A stretch of 64,000 nt of DNA from Chiloscyllium plagiosum (taxonomy: Eukaryota). The notes under the pieces are model-generated. The model had not been told where the DNA came from and searched no databases. It saw only the letters and a list, made by a program, of their open reading frames with translations. The stretch spans positions 60,196,137-60,260,136 of the forward strand of contig NC_057718.1 in the NCBI RefSeq assembly GCF_004010195.1. The letters are read 5' to 3'. The position numbers and the translations under genes are program-made. This document shows, in pieces, positions 10,843 to 23,640 of this stretch. Position 1 is the first letter of the stretch; every line of letters begins with the position of its first letter.

Positions 10843-13339
10843 CACAAGCCTGTGATATATTACATATCTAACTATGAGAGTTGTTAATAAGCTTCAAAAT
10901 ATCTGACTTAATAGAAACCAGTTTTTATGGTATCTATTACATGGGCTAAATACAGAAAAGCAGCGAGTGCATTAGTCTATTAAACCAACACAACCAAAGT
11001 ATAGGCATCAACAATACAGACTCTTTCATTCCACTTTAAGGTATAATCAAATTACCATGTCTTTATGTCAAATACCAGAGGATGTTAAGGTGGTGGCATC
11101 TATTCACTACCTTGTTAATTTATACCCTGTACACAGGGTATTGTCTCATAATTTATTACAAATTTGAGAAAGTCTTATTAAGAAAATTATGCCACTCAAA
11201 TTAGCACAGTCAGGTAAATGTTGTTAGGTCACACACTACCTCTGGCTTTGCGACTGCAAAATCTACACTTTTTCTTCCTTTCAGATGCAGTTTCAAGACA
11301 ATGAAAATTAAGTACATTGTTCCATCCTGAACCTTTCAAAATCATTCTAAAAGTCATCTGCCAAAAAAACAATGAAAGAAAAATTGAAAAAGGTATTGAA
11401 CTATAGAAAATTTAATAACTCTTATTCAAACACTGAAAATCTTACCTTAGATGTGACTGCAGCCATCAAATCATTAAATTTACACGACATATGATAATAT
11501 CATCTGTATGAAATATTTTATGAAATATTTCCCTATTTCATAGAGACAGTATTAAAATTAAAAGCAATCAATATTGTGAGAAATGCATTACTCAAAGTGA
11601 CAGTACTGAGAACTCATGCAAGATACATTTTACATTTAAAATCATGCAGCTATATTTTACTTCGCATGAAGAACTATAAGTAACAATTTGCATCACACTA
11701 GTTGGTCTGTTTATAAATCATTTGCAACTTAATTGTTATGGAATTATCAGGTCAGGCTTCTTGCAGTTATTTTAATAATCTCAAATTTTAAGCTGAACCA
11801 AACAAAATGCATTTGACAGACTGAAAGAAGAAAGGTTTTCTGCAATATAATGGCCCCTCATCGGAACACACCGAAGTGACATGTTCTCTGATAACAACAC
11901 TTTAATGCCTTGAGTTTAGGCTCTAGGAATACTGGTGTATGAATACTTAATGCATTCATATGAAATTTCTTTGTCTGTTCTTTTAACAGAAGGATTGGTA
12001 GACCTATTGAAGTGATAGAAAATACATTTCAATGCATTCTTCACTAGAATTCAAACAGTTTCATTTTAAGGAACTGGCGATGTGATTCTTCTTTTACTCA
12101 AAAATACAATACCTGTTTTTTGCCAAACTTGCATACAATTTCAAAAGTATTGTGAAAGGCATGGTTTTGATGTGTACAATTTCTGAGAATATGATTTCAT
12201 TAATTGCCTTTTTCTTTATTTAAAGAGGAATGACAACCTTTATTCTTTTTAAAAGTATAAGCCTGCAAAACCGCTACTATATGGCACACTCTTCATTTTT
12301 TTTAGAATGACATTCTGTGGATGGCAAGGTAGGATTATTATATTACAAGAATTAAGATAGTGTTATAATATTCCAAATGGAAACCTACTTACCTCACTAA
12401 ATCCTGGACATGTACATTGCTGGAGAACTTGTGACCTCCCTATCATCTTAAGAGCATGTAGTCCAGGGGGAACTTGAGTGACGTTCTCAGAATCTCATGC
12501 ATTTCAAACATGGATAATTGCAATTTCTGCAAATTACAAGTGGGCACTGAGAGAATTACCTGACCTAAGATTTACAATAAGATTTACAGACACTTTTTAA
12601 CAGGTTATCGGATTTTATAAAAAGAAAATCTTTTAATTCCAAGGAGTCTGAAGGGGTCAACACTCAATTATGCCCAAATGTTTCAGCTATTGTGTTTTTA
12701 GACCTGTTTTATGCATCAAAACTGTTCCAGGCAAACTCACTTTCATGGTAATTCTTGAAATTAAAATTTGTATTTAAAGACCTATCAGCCATAAATAACA
12801 ATGTGAAATCCTCTTATGACATATGAATACTGAGAACATGACAGTACAATAGACTTTAAATATATTAAGGTATCGTATTGTAACTAATCTGAACAAATGA
12901 TCATTAACTAACCTCAGTACTTCAATAGTTAATGACTGAAATATTTTAATTTTAGTTACTTGATACGAGAAAAGTATGCGTATGTTTCGATAAAATTAAG
13001 TGAAATATTCAATTATATGTATTTTGCAAATTTTTGGAAATAATCCAAAACATAACAGCTGTCTTTGGGCAGTTTGCTTCAGACATTAGTCTTGTTCAGT
13101 AGCAATGTCCAGGTCCAGAACAGAGTTACTGTGGCTGATTAAGTGCAGGATAAAAGGAAACCAAGTGATCTAAAGAATGAGGACCTATGAATACCAGTCC
13201 TATCAAACAGGTACAAAATATAGCTACAATCAAGGATAAAGATTTAAAACCTATTGAAAGGATAGCCAAAATGCAGACTATGGGACTATAGAACACAAGG
13301 CCATCAAAGAGGGAAAAGGCAAATGGAAAGTGAAGCATA

Positions 13340-13780
13340 ATGTGACAATTGTAGGGGATTCAATAAGTAAGGGAACAGGCAACATTCTTTTTAAAGTAGG
13401 ATCAAAAATTCCATACGGTACTTTGCCAACATATTCCAAAGTGAGAGGCATCTCACACTAGAACAATTACTGGAGAGGATCCAATCATTGTAACTTATAT
13501 TGGGGCTAACAATATAGGGAAGAGTAAGCAAAAGGTTCTACTCAGAGAATAGCTTGAATCAGGAACTAAATTGCAGAACAGAAATCAAGGTTTATTCTCT
13601 GGGTTATTGCCCAATTTACATTCACATTAGTGTCAAGATAAATGGATTATGGAGGTGACTGCATGGCTGAAAGGGATGTGGTTAAGAGGGGTTCTATTTC
13701 ATATAGACCAGTGGCAGAAATGGAGAGGGTCCACTTAAACTGAGCTGGGATTAGTATCCCAGAAGAAAGCAGAAATCAGT
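13340..13780 (+). mobile_element. CR1 ORF1 remnant (SGNH/GDSL esterase-like domain)
   Basis: VTIVGDSI.KGT ... DPIIVTYIGANNIGKSK..VLLRE ... FSGLLP ... VHLN: the SGNH blocks typical of vertebrate CR1 ORF1, with frameshifts. Confidence 0.65.
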
Positions 13781-14343
13781 CAATCACAAGAACACCAAGA
13801 AAGTGCACAGGAGGTGGGAGGATGCAGATAAGACAGTAAAACACACATCAGCAAGAGATCCTTGGCAGAATTCACCCAGTCCCTGAACAAAGTGCAAGTG
13901 GGTGAGACAGTCAGCAAAATACAATGAGAATGGAAAATCTAGATTCTCTATGTCAAGAAAATATAATACTATAAGAAATATCACCACTTCACAGCTGCCC
14001 TTTATAGTTCCCTGATACCTTACATTATAGTGCTACTGCCAATCCAATGTACAAGGAGGTTTAGGTTTCCATCTGATGCATTAGAACATGATACATTATC
14101 TTAGTTTGCTTTCTTAGAAGTCACTCACTTTATGCCTACTTGAATGCTCACTAGATCTCTGCCTTGCCTTGCCTTATCATTTTGCATAATACCACTTCAT
14201 TGAGAACTTACAGACCCAAATGTTCCATCTTGCCTTGCCTTTTAGCACAACCAGAGAGCCATGTTTGTAATGAACAGCTGAAGAGGTTGAAATGTTGCTG
14301 CACAACATTGTGCTGTATCAGTGTCACAACTAAAGCACATTCC

Positions 14344-15423
14344 GGGGAGGGGGGTCAGGCCAGGGGGGGNNNNNNNNNNNNNNNNNNNNNNNNNNNNNNN
14401 NNNNNNNNNNNNNNNNNNNNNNNNNNNNNNNNNNNNNNNNNNNNNNNNNNNNNNNNNNNNNNNNNNNNNNNNNNNNNNNNNNNNNNNNNNNNNNNNNNNN
14501 NNNNNNNNNNNNNNNNNNNNNNNNNNNNNNNNNNNNNNNNNNNNNNNNNNNNNNNNNNNNNNNNNNNNNNNNNNNNNNNNNNNNNNNNNNNNNNNNNNNN
14601 NNNNNNNNNNNNNNNNNNNNNNNNNNNNNNNNNNNNNNNNNNNNNNNNNNNNNNNNNNNNNNNNNNNNNNNNNNNNNNNNNNNNNNNNNNNNNNNNNNNN
14701 NNNNNNNNNNNNNNNNNNNNNNNNNNNNNNNNNNNNNNNNNNNNNNNNNNNNNNNNNNNNNNNNNNNNNNNNNNNNNNNNNNNNNNNNNNNNNNNNNNNN
14801 NNNNNNNNNNNNNNNNNNNNNNNNNNNNNNNNNNNNNNNNNNNNNNNNNNNNNNNNNNNNNNNNNNNNNNNNNNNNNNNNNNNNNNNNNNNNNNNNNNNN
14901 NNNNNNNNNNNNNNNNNNNNNNNNNNNNNNNNNNNNNNNNNNNNNNNNNNNNNNNNNNNNNNNNNNNNNNNNNNNNNNNNNNNNNNNNNNNNNNNNNNNN
15001 NNNNNNNNNNNNNNNNNNNNNNNNNNNNNNNNNNNNNNNNNNNNNNNNNNNNNNNNNNNNNNNNNNNNNNNNNNNNNNNNNNNNNNNNNNNNNNNNNNNN
15101 NNNNNNNNNNNNNNNNNNNNNNNNNNNNNNNNNNNNNNNNNGTGTTGGTCGGGGATGGGGGTGAGGGCGGGGGTGCAGTGTTGGATGGGGTTAGGGGTCG
15201 GTTGGGGGGGTGCAGTGTTGGACAGGGTTGGCGGGTGGGGGTCGGTGTTGGAGGAGGGCGGGGGCTCGCGTGCTGTGTGCTGCTGCGTCGTCTCCTGTAT
15301 GGGGAGCATACTTTAAAGTCTTCAAGCCCCAGAGAAAAGGCATTTAATCGATTAACCGAATAATCGATTATCTGAACGAAATAGTGTCCGCCCATCTCGT
15401 TCGGATAATCAAGAATCCCCTTA
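14344..15423. mobile_element. Non-autonomous DNA-transposon-like element with internal G-rich minisatellite; right TIR at about 15398-15423
   Basis: Repeats of GTGTTGGxxGGGG units, followed by cgattaaccgaataatcgattatctgaacgaaat...gttcggataatcaag..cc.tTA. The TTCGGATAA core is shared with the Tigger-like end at 3469. Confidence 0.5.
14370..15141. other. Assembly gap (N run) flanked by G-rich sequence
   Basis: Ns in the sequence. Confidence 1.
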
Positions 15424-16090
15424 CATAGATCCCTGAAAGTTGCCACCCAGGTTGATAGTGCTGTTGAGAAAGCATACAGAGTGTTAGGTTTTATTGGTAG
15501 AGGGATTGTGTTCCAGACCCATGTCAAACTCCGACTGTACAAAACACCGGTGCGGCCACACTTGGAATATTGTGTACAGTTCTGGTCACCCCATTACAGG
15601 AAGGATGTGGAAGCATTGGAAAAGGTGCAGAGGAGATTTACCAGGATGTTGCCTGGTCTGGAGGGAAGGTCTTATGAGGAAAGGCTGAGGAATTGGGTCT
15701 GTTCTCATTGGAGCAAAGAAGGCTAAGAGGGGATTTAATAGAGATAAACAAGATGATTAGATAGGGTGAACAGTGAGAGTTTTTTCCTAGGCTGATGATG
15801 TCAGCTTGTACAAGGGGGCATAGCTGCAAATTTAGGGATGATAGATTTAAGACAGATATCAGAGGCAGGTTCTTTACTCAGAGAGTGGTAAGGGTATGGA
15901 ATGCCTTGCCTGCCAATGTAGTTAACTCAGCCACATTAGGGAATTTAAACTGACCTTGGATAAGCACATGGATGATGATGGGATAATGTCGGGTGATGGG
16001 CTTAGATTAGTTCACAAGTCGGTGCAACATCAAGGGCCGAAGGGCCTGTTCTGCACTGTATTGTTCTATGTTTTATGTTCTATGTTCTAT
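15422..16090 (+). mobile_element. CR1 LINE 3' portion (young)
   Basis: ORF 15481-15726 [41 protein letters not shown], and a (TTCTATG)n tail. Confidence 0.95.
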
Positions 16091-17354
16091 TCCAGCAGTT
16101 TATGCAGCAAACACACTGCTTGTTCTACAATAAAGAGGACATATCTGAAAGTCCAAGGAGAGTAACCCTTAGTGTATTCCAGGGGGACTGTGGGGAGTCA
16201 GAGCATGCTGTCATAGTCATTGAAAGGCATAGTCCAGGGGCCTGGGCACAGTCACTCTGTCACTTGGGCAAACAGGAGAATGAGATGTATCCCCTTACAG
16301 TCAGATAATCAGTGCAGTGATCCAAGCAGTCTGGAGATCATAGGAAAGTCAATTGGAGAATTGCGCAGAGATTATTCAAGGGTCTGGTCTATCACCAATC
16401 TATCACTGCCATTTCTGGTGAGTTAGGGAAGGGCCACTGTCAGGACTAGAGGGACATGTGCTGAAAGTCGGGGGCAGGAGCGGGGGAGCTGTGGTTATCA
16501 GGTGCCAATGCTGAGGTGGGGATGATAAGTTTGGGGATAGGATAAAGAGTGGACTTTTCCTCTGTAAGGGTCTTAAATGTTAGGAAGTCCTCAATGCATC
16601 TCTTTGTTTGGCATTCCTAACCTTTAGCCCTGAGACACAGGGAGTAAAACAAGAAGACGAAGATTTAAATATAGGGGTACGATAGGAATGTGGGGAGATT
16701 CAGAACTGAAGCGGTAGACAGCGAGTAGAAGGCCCATAAATGTTTAGAATGAGGGAGTAATCTAGATTGTCAGGCTGAGCCTTGAACTAATTCTCTGCAG
16801 CTCTAGCTGTGTGACCTTCCACCTTTAGCCAAATCACAAATGCAAATGAAAATGAAATGGTTAATGGAAGCTGGAATAAGGAAAGTAAGTTTCCTTTAGA
16901 CTGCAAAAGATAACTTCAACTGCAAGTGCTATGAAGTCCTTGAAGAGACAGTTGTATTAAATAGACAGTTATACTTCACAAGTTGTGGATTTTTGTATTC
17001 ACAGAATTCTGTATGTGTATCACCTGCAGTGATCAATAATTGTACTGAACACAGATTCCGGCGTCAAGTAATCTTGACTGTGACACTGAGCATTGCAAAT
17101 GTGTAATTGCTATGACACAAGCGATGCTAGAAGTGTCACCTGCAGTCTATACTAGGCAAATTCATTCCAAGTGTCATTAACTGCACAAAGGCTTTCCTCA
17201 CAAATTGAACTGTATGTATTATCTTTCATGCTTTGTGTACAATGCTGCCTTTCTTGGGTTATGACTGGGGGTGTAGGTGTCATAATCTCCATCGGTATTT
17301 GCATGACATGGCTTGTGCAGTATGCATCTGAATAAGGTCTACTGTGTTAACAGT

Positions 17355-18416
17355 GATTCTTTCAAGAAATTGCTAGAATCAGGAAGGGGCCCAGAGGACT
17401 GGAAAATCCCTACATGACACCCCTGTTTAAAAAGGGGATAAGGAAAATCACAGACTGATTAGCCTAACTCAGTTGTGGGTAAGATCCTGGAATCCATTGT
17501 GAAAGATGAGATTTTTGAATACTTGGAAGTGTATGGTAAAATAGGGCAAAACCAATATGGTTTCATCAAGGGGTGGTCATGCCTGACAAATCTGCTGGAA
17601 TTCTTTGAGGAATTAACAAGCAGGTTAGACCAAGGAGAACCAATGGATGGTATCTACCTGGATTTCAAGAAGGCCTTTGACAAGGAGCCGCACAGGCTGC
17701 TGAGTAAGATAAAGGCCCATGCTGTTAGAGGCAAGGTGCTAGCATGGATAGAATATTGCCTATCTGGAAGAAAGCAGAGAGTGGAGAAAAAAGGGTCCTT
17801 CTCAGGATAGCAACCAGTGACAAGTGTTGTTTCGCAAGGCTCAGTGTTGGGATCATAACCTTTTACTTTATACATTAATGATCTAGATGAAGGAACTGAG
17901 GGCACTCTGGTTATGTTTGCAGATGATACAAAAATAGGTAGAGGGACAGGTAGTATTGAGAGGCGGGAAGGTTGCAGAAGAATTTGGATAGATTAGGCGA
18001 GTGGGCAAATAAGTAGCAATTGGAATACAATATGGGAAAGTATGCACTTTGGTAGGAAGAACAGAGGCATGGACTATTTTATAAATAGGGAGAGAATTCA
18101 GAAACCTGAAGTGCAGAGACTTGGGAGTAAAGGGAAGACATTTTAGAACAGAGTTAAGGAGAAATGTCTTCAGCCAGAGAATGGTGAACCGATGGAATTC
18201 ATTGCCACAGAAGGCTATAGAAACCAGGTTATTGAATATATTTGAGACTGAAATAGATGAGTCCTTGAATATCAAAGGGATCAAGAGTTATGGGGAGAGA
18301 AGGGGGAGAACAGGTTTGAGAAACTTATCCATCATGATTGAATGATGGAGCAAACATGATGGGCTGATTGACTGAATTTCTGCTCTTATGTCTTATGGTG
18401 TTATGGTCTTATGGTC
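17355..18416 (+). mobile_element. CR1 LINE, RT region with internal deletion and 3' end
   Basis: QYGFIKG.SCLTNLLEFFEE..YLDFKKAFDK and FADDTK motifs, a jump to the C-terminus near 18130, and a (CTTATGGT)n tail. Confidence 0.95.
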
Positions 18417-18417
18417 T

Positions 18418-20160
18418 GAGTGTTGGTTCAATTGATTTTACAAGTTGAACCTGTGAAAGTGAGATTCAGTGATCCAAACAAGGTAGCTAGGAACATTAGG
18501 AGTGGCTTTTTAGATAAATTCTCCTGATCGCAGGAAGAAAAATGTTATATCATGTGAACATGTTAAAGATATATCATCACAGAGAAGAAAGTAAGGGTGA
18601 TCACAGGGTCAAGAAGACAAAGGTAGAAGGAGGGATAGTTCACAAAACAGCAAACCTACAATTTGACTAGCCTATACTGAAATACTGGCACAGTTAGATG
18701 ATGATTTATGTGTTGAAACAATGTCTTTATTGGTTACTCTTGGAAAAGTAACCTCAGGTAGAAATTAAGATACAATTTATGCTAAAATAAACACTGGATT
18801 TCACCTAACCAAAGCAGTTGCAGTTCACTGGTGGTATTAGTACCTAAATCAGACCCATATCCAATTCCTTAGTTAGAATATTATATCAACAGGGCTGCTA
18901 GTGCTTTATTTCATTCTAAGATTGAGCTACTGATGGGGCACTGGCAAGTACCAACAGCATTAAAAGCTAAGACAGTATCAGCCTTTGTTACACTGAGTGA
19001 GTTATATCATTGTCGTGTGATGCCATTTGGGATTACAAATGCTCCAACAATATATTCCAAAGACGTATGAATCACTTCGTAGCTAAAGTGCCATTTTTCT
19101 AGTTTATTTAGACGATGTAATAATATACTATAACATCTAAGATTAGCATAAAAAATAATTTGAATTACTGTTTAAAAAACAACAGTTCGCTAACCTAGTA
19201 ATAAGCCTCACCAAGAATGAATTTGCAAAAGCATAACTTACATATGACATTTCATAAGGCTAAGTGCTATTTTATTTTAGATTAGTGTAAATTCATTTTC
19301 TCAAAACTAAATGGGAAATCAAGTGATTGGGAAGATTTTGTGTTTTTTTAATCGAAGATTTGTGCCTAATGCTGGCATATTTGCTGTATCTTCAACAGAT
19401 TTTTAACAAAAAAAATAAGTAATTTTACTGTCAGCAATGTGCTAAGCAGTCTATGAAAAGCAAAGGCAGACCCAATTAATGAACAAGAGTTAGCTTCCCC
19501 AATTTTACAAAAAGCTTTCCAAATGGCAGTTGATTCTGGTGTCTTGTGGATAACGGTCGTCTTATTGCAAGATGGTGAATTAAGAATAGAGGAGTAAGTG
19601 GGGTACTTTCGTAAGAAATTGAACCAATATTAGAAGAAGTACTCTACAGTGAAGAAAGAGAATTTGGGACGAGTGTTGGCTCTTCTACATTTTGACAGAC
19701 ATGTGTGCCCATGGTTGCCGAGAAACACTAATATATACAGGACATAATTTGTTAACTTTTGTAGAGAAAGAGACTCAAAACAATGGCTCTGTGGCCCACT
19801 GCTGCCTCAAAGCGCCAGGGATCTAGGTTTGATTCCAACCTCGGGTGACTGTGTGGAGTTTACACAGCCTTCCCTGAGTGCTATGGTTTCCTCCCACAGT
19901 CCAAAGATGTAACTGTTAGGTGGATTGGCCATGCTAAATGCAGGAATACAGGGATGGGGTAGGGGACTGGATGTGGGTGGTATGCTCTTCAGAGGGGTCA
20001 GTGCGGATTTGATGGTCTGAATGGTCTATTTCTGCACCGTAGGAATCCTAAAATGCAAGATAATAACATGGAGCTATTGATTCAGCCATTTAATATAAAA
20101 GTTATTCACATTGTTGGATAAAATAATGTCATGGCTGATTCACAATCAAGAATGTGCTTG
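18418..20160 (+). mobile_element. Gmr1-like Gypsy LTR retrotransposon pol remnant (IN C-terminus, RT, RNase H)
   Basis: PVKVRFSDP..SPDRRKK..HVNMLK (integrase GPY/F tail, 18450-18580), then KIELLMGHWQVP..SAFVT..VMPFGITNAP..VYLDDVIIY (RT), then FQMAVD..GYF.KKLN..YSTVKKE..IYT.HN..NVMAD..SR (RNase H). Many stops and frameshifts. Confidence 0.85.
19781..20050 (+). mobile_element. HE1 SINE inserted in the Gypsy RNase H domain
   Basis: V-domain and tail present; RNase H motifs continue on both sides. Confidence 0.9.
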
Positions 20161-20336
20161 TACTGATTTAGTTTCAGAATTTGGGATGTAAGTGACAAGA
20201 AATTAATTAAATATTATATAAGAACTATACAAGAGTGAATGATTGTAATTTTTTTTTGTATTGAGTATGCGTTTTGTTTACTTGGAAGTGAAATGCTTTT
20301 AAAAGCAGAGCATCATTTTCTCTTGGGAGGGAGGCA

Positions 20337-21175
20337 TGTAAGAGATTACATATTTTTCAGGTTTTGGAAGTATGAGCTGAAATAGAGATTGGGTTGCTGT
20401 CATTGGAATACCAGCAAAGTTTCACAACTTGAACATCAATTGCTGCATGTTGTTAAACTGTATAGTACAACGTTGCTTTTTAGAAACACAAAAAGTGAGC
20501 TTTTGAGACAGAAGTTAACCAAGAATGTTTTAAGTTGAGGGAATTCTGCACGGCAACATGTCTCAATTACTTGAGCTTCACAGTGTTGGAAAAGTGGTAC
20601 GTGCTTGGAGGAGCCAACCATTCTATACAACCGAGCATGCTGAAGACCCCAGAAGGCTAAAAAAAAAGGTTCCTGCAAGTATTTCAAAGATCACCTAATC
20701 AACTATTGAATCAAATGATGACTGCCACTGTGCAGATGACAACATCTCATCAATACAAAAACAAACTTTCCACTTTGTGGCTTGGACTTTCAATCTTCAG
20801 AATTTAATTTATCCTCTACATTTCTCCCATCTGTAATACCTGTGTTAAACTACTTGGCTTTGGTCTGTCTTAAATTGTCATTGAGTGTGTGTGTGTAGTT
20901 GGGATTTTTGAAAGGCTACAGTTTAAGCTGCACAAGTTAGAAGTGCTTTTTTCCTGCTCGTTTTTTTCAATTAAGTATGTTACGATAAGTAGAGATGTTA
21001 TTGCTTTTACTGAAGTAAGCTGGTGTGAATTGCTTTTGTCCTGAGTAGTAGTTAGTCAAACAAATTGTTCATTTTGGTAGTCTTGGTGGGATTTTATATA
21101 TTTATGCATTTTCTGATGGATTGTGGAACAGTGAGATTTGATTATATGTGCACCTTTTCCAGTTAAGTGATGACA
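20337..21175 (+). mobile_element. Putative 3' LTR of the Gmr1-like element
   Basis: Polypurine tract gggagggagg (20325-20334) just upstream of TGTAA, and a candidate end TGACA at 21171-21175. Confidence 0.5.
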
Positions 21176-21436
21176 AATTTATCTGCTCTTTTGTCATTCC
21201 CAGTCTGCTGTATTCTCCTTAAATTTGCAACTCCTACCCTCCTTACCCTTTTTGTTTCTATCATTATTATTTTCCCATCTATATCCTAGTTTCTTCAGTA
21301 CATTCTGAGGATCCTTCTAGCATTCCCATGCCTTCTATGTTTCAATCTACTTTTCCTTTCTGCCTAACTTGAATCTTTTGAGTTGAGCCCCCTTTAAGGT
21401 TAAGACTGGCATTTCTGCACCTGTCTGGATTGCTGG

Positions 21437-21810
21437 CATTAGCAAGTGTGGTTGCCTTGGCTTGGGAAGGATGGTTAGTCTGGTCCCTTACATCTCTTAC
21501 ATTGTGAGTGTTCACAAACAATAAACAAGACCCCTAGTGACTGGACCATTTCATGAACAAATTGATCCAGTCAGGCTTTGCCCCTTATATGACAAGCATT
21601 TAGGAACACTAAGCAAGACCGCACATTAGCAAGTGTGGTTGCCTTGGCTTGGGAAGGATGGTTAGTCTGGTCCCTTACATCCCTTACATTGTGAGTGTTC
21701 ACAAACAATAAACAAGACCCCTAGTGACTGGACCATTTCATGAACAAATTGATCCAGTCAGGCTTTGTCCCTTATATGACAAGCATTTAGGAACACTAAG
21801 CAAGACCGCA
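21437..21810. repeat. Tandem duplication, 2 x 187 bp
   Basis: 21437-21623 and 21624-21810 differ at two positions. Confidence 0.95.
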
Positions 21811-22199
21811 TATGCCTGAAACTTCCTATGAACTGATTAATCTGGTCAGATGACTGTACCCCCAGCATCTCCACCTCCCCCCCCCCCACTGCCATAAAAG
21901 TGCTTGCCAGACATCTTACACATTAGTTAGGTTTGTGAACACACATTCCCTATTTTTGCCAAACAGCATTGTGCCTGTGGACACAATTTCAGGTGACTGC
22001 ACATTAATAAGCATTCTTGGCAATATGACCAATTATGAAAGTGTTCAAGATTTTGAATGCCAATCCATTTGACAATTGAAAACTTAACACCAAGATCGTA
22101 ACCTTCCATCGGAGAACTGATTTTTGCTCTCTGCCAAATTAAGCTCCGTTACTGCCCTTCTACAATTTCTACAGGGAACCCAGAAGATTTTGCCTCAAG

Positions 22200-23640
22200 G
22201 ATACTAAGAATGAAGAAGTTAGGAATACTAATATCAACTCAGATGTAGTGCTGGAGAATATCAAGGGCTAAAATGTGACAAAGCTCCTGCAATCTGATTG
22301 GCTACTTCCTAAGGTTTTAAAGGAGTAGCTGCAAAGATAGTTGAAGCACTGGCCATAAATTTCAAAAACTTCTCTAAATTTTTGGAGTGTTTCAGCAGAC
22401 TAAAAGTTAACAAATGTAAAGCTCTTATTCAAGAATGGAGGGAGAGAGAAAACAAGGAACTGCAGGCTAGTTGTTTAGCATCAATCATTGTGAAATGAAA
22501 GGAATCTATCATAAAAGAAGTCTTAACAATGTAGTTAGAAAAACATTCTACGCTTAGAACATGTTAATATGGTTTATAAAAGAAAAATTCTGTTTGACAA
22601 ATGTATTAGTGCATTTTGAGGATGCAACTATTTGACTGATAAATTGATACCAGTATCTGTAGTGTTCTTGGACTTCTACAGAAGATTTAAGAAATGTTTC
22701 ACTAAAAGTCAAAACATAAGGGAAGAGCCACAATTTTAGAAATGTATGTTACTGGATAGAGAATTGGTTAATGGACAGGAAGCAGAGAGTAGTGATACAG
22801 TGAACATTGGTTGGGCTAAATTTGGAATATTGTATGCAATTCTGGTCTCCCTCCTATAAGAAGGATGTCATGAAACTTGAAAGGATTCAGAAAAGATTTG
22901 CAGGGCTGGAGGGTTTGAGCTATAGGGAGAGTCTAAATAGATTGGGACTATTTTCCCCTGAGCATTGGACGCTAAGGGGTGACTTTATAGAGGTTTATAA
23001 AATCATGAGCGGCATGGATAGGGTAAATAGACAAGGTCTTTCCCCTGGGTTGAGGGAGTGCAGAACTAGAGGGTTGAGAGGGGCAAGATTTAAAAGGGAC
23101 TTAAGGGGCAACTTTTTTTGGAATGAGCTGCCAGAAGAAGTAGTGGAGGCTGGTACAATTACAACATTTAAAAGGCACCTGGGTGGATATATGAACAGGA
23201 AGTGTTTGGAGGGATATGGGCCAAGTGTTGGCAAATGGCACTAGATTAAATTAGGATATCTAGTCTGTATGAACGAGTTGCACTGAAGGGTCTGTTTCTG
23301 TGCTGTACATTGCTATGACTCTATGAATAAATTTTCAAGTTGGTAGGCCATTATTACTGGTGTTCTGCAAAGGTCTGTACAGAATCCTCATTTTTTACTG
23401 AGGACTAAAATACGGGGAAATTTCTTCACTCAAAGTGTTGGGAGCATTTGGGGATTCTCTACCCCAGAGGACTGTGGATCTATAGAACATTTTTAAGACT
23501 GAGATAGATACCAGTTTGGTGTCTCAGGGAATCAAGAGATGAAAATGGATGGGAAAGTGATCTACAATGATGATATTGAATAGTTGCATAGGCAGAACAG
23601 GCTATTTGGTTTTCTGCCGCGCCTATTTCTTATATTCTTA
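22200..23640 (+). mobile_element. Old CR1 LINE remnant with a nested younger CR1
   Basis: RT-region motifs (CLTN.L..FED, WIENWLMDRKQRVVI) resume as FSSW.AIITGVLQ after the insert. Confidence 0.75.
22806..23326 (+). mobile_element. Nested CR1 3' end
   Basis: ORF 22807-23244 LEYCMQFWSP..KKD..KLERIQKRF..LRGDFIEVYKIM, and a ctatgactctatg tail. Confidence 0.9.

Noticed and set aside
11285..11392. Strong splice acceptor (ttttcttcctttcag) and donor-like AAG/gtattg enclosing 108 bp
   Set aside because: All three frames contain stops and there is no recognisable protein; at most a non-coding exon, which cannot be supported from sequence.
14164..15542. Long ORFs of 331-399 aa in the ORF track
   Set aside because: They are artefacts of translating through the N gap; the same applies to 48794-49282.
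16130..16600. GC-richer stretch vaguely like a CR1 ORF1 esterase
   Set aside because: The catalytic motifs are not convincingly recoverable.
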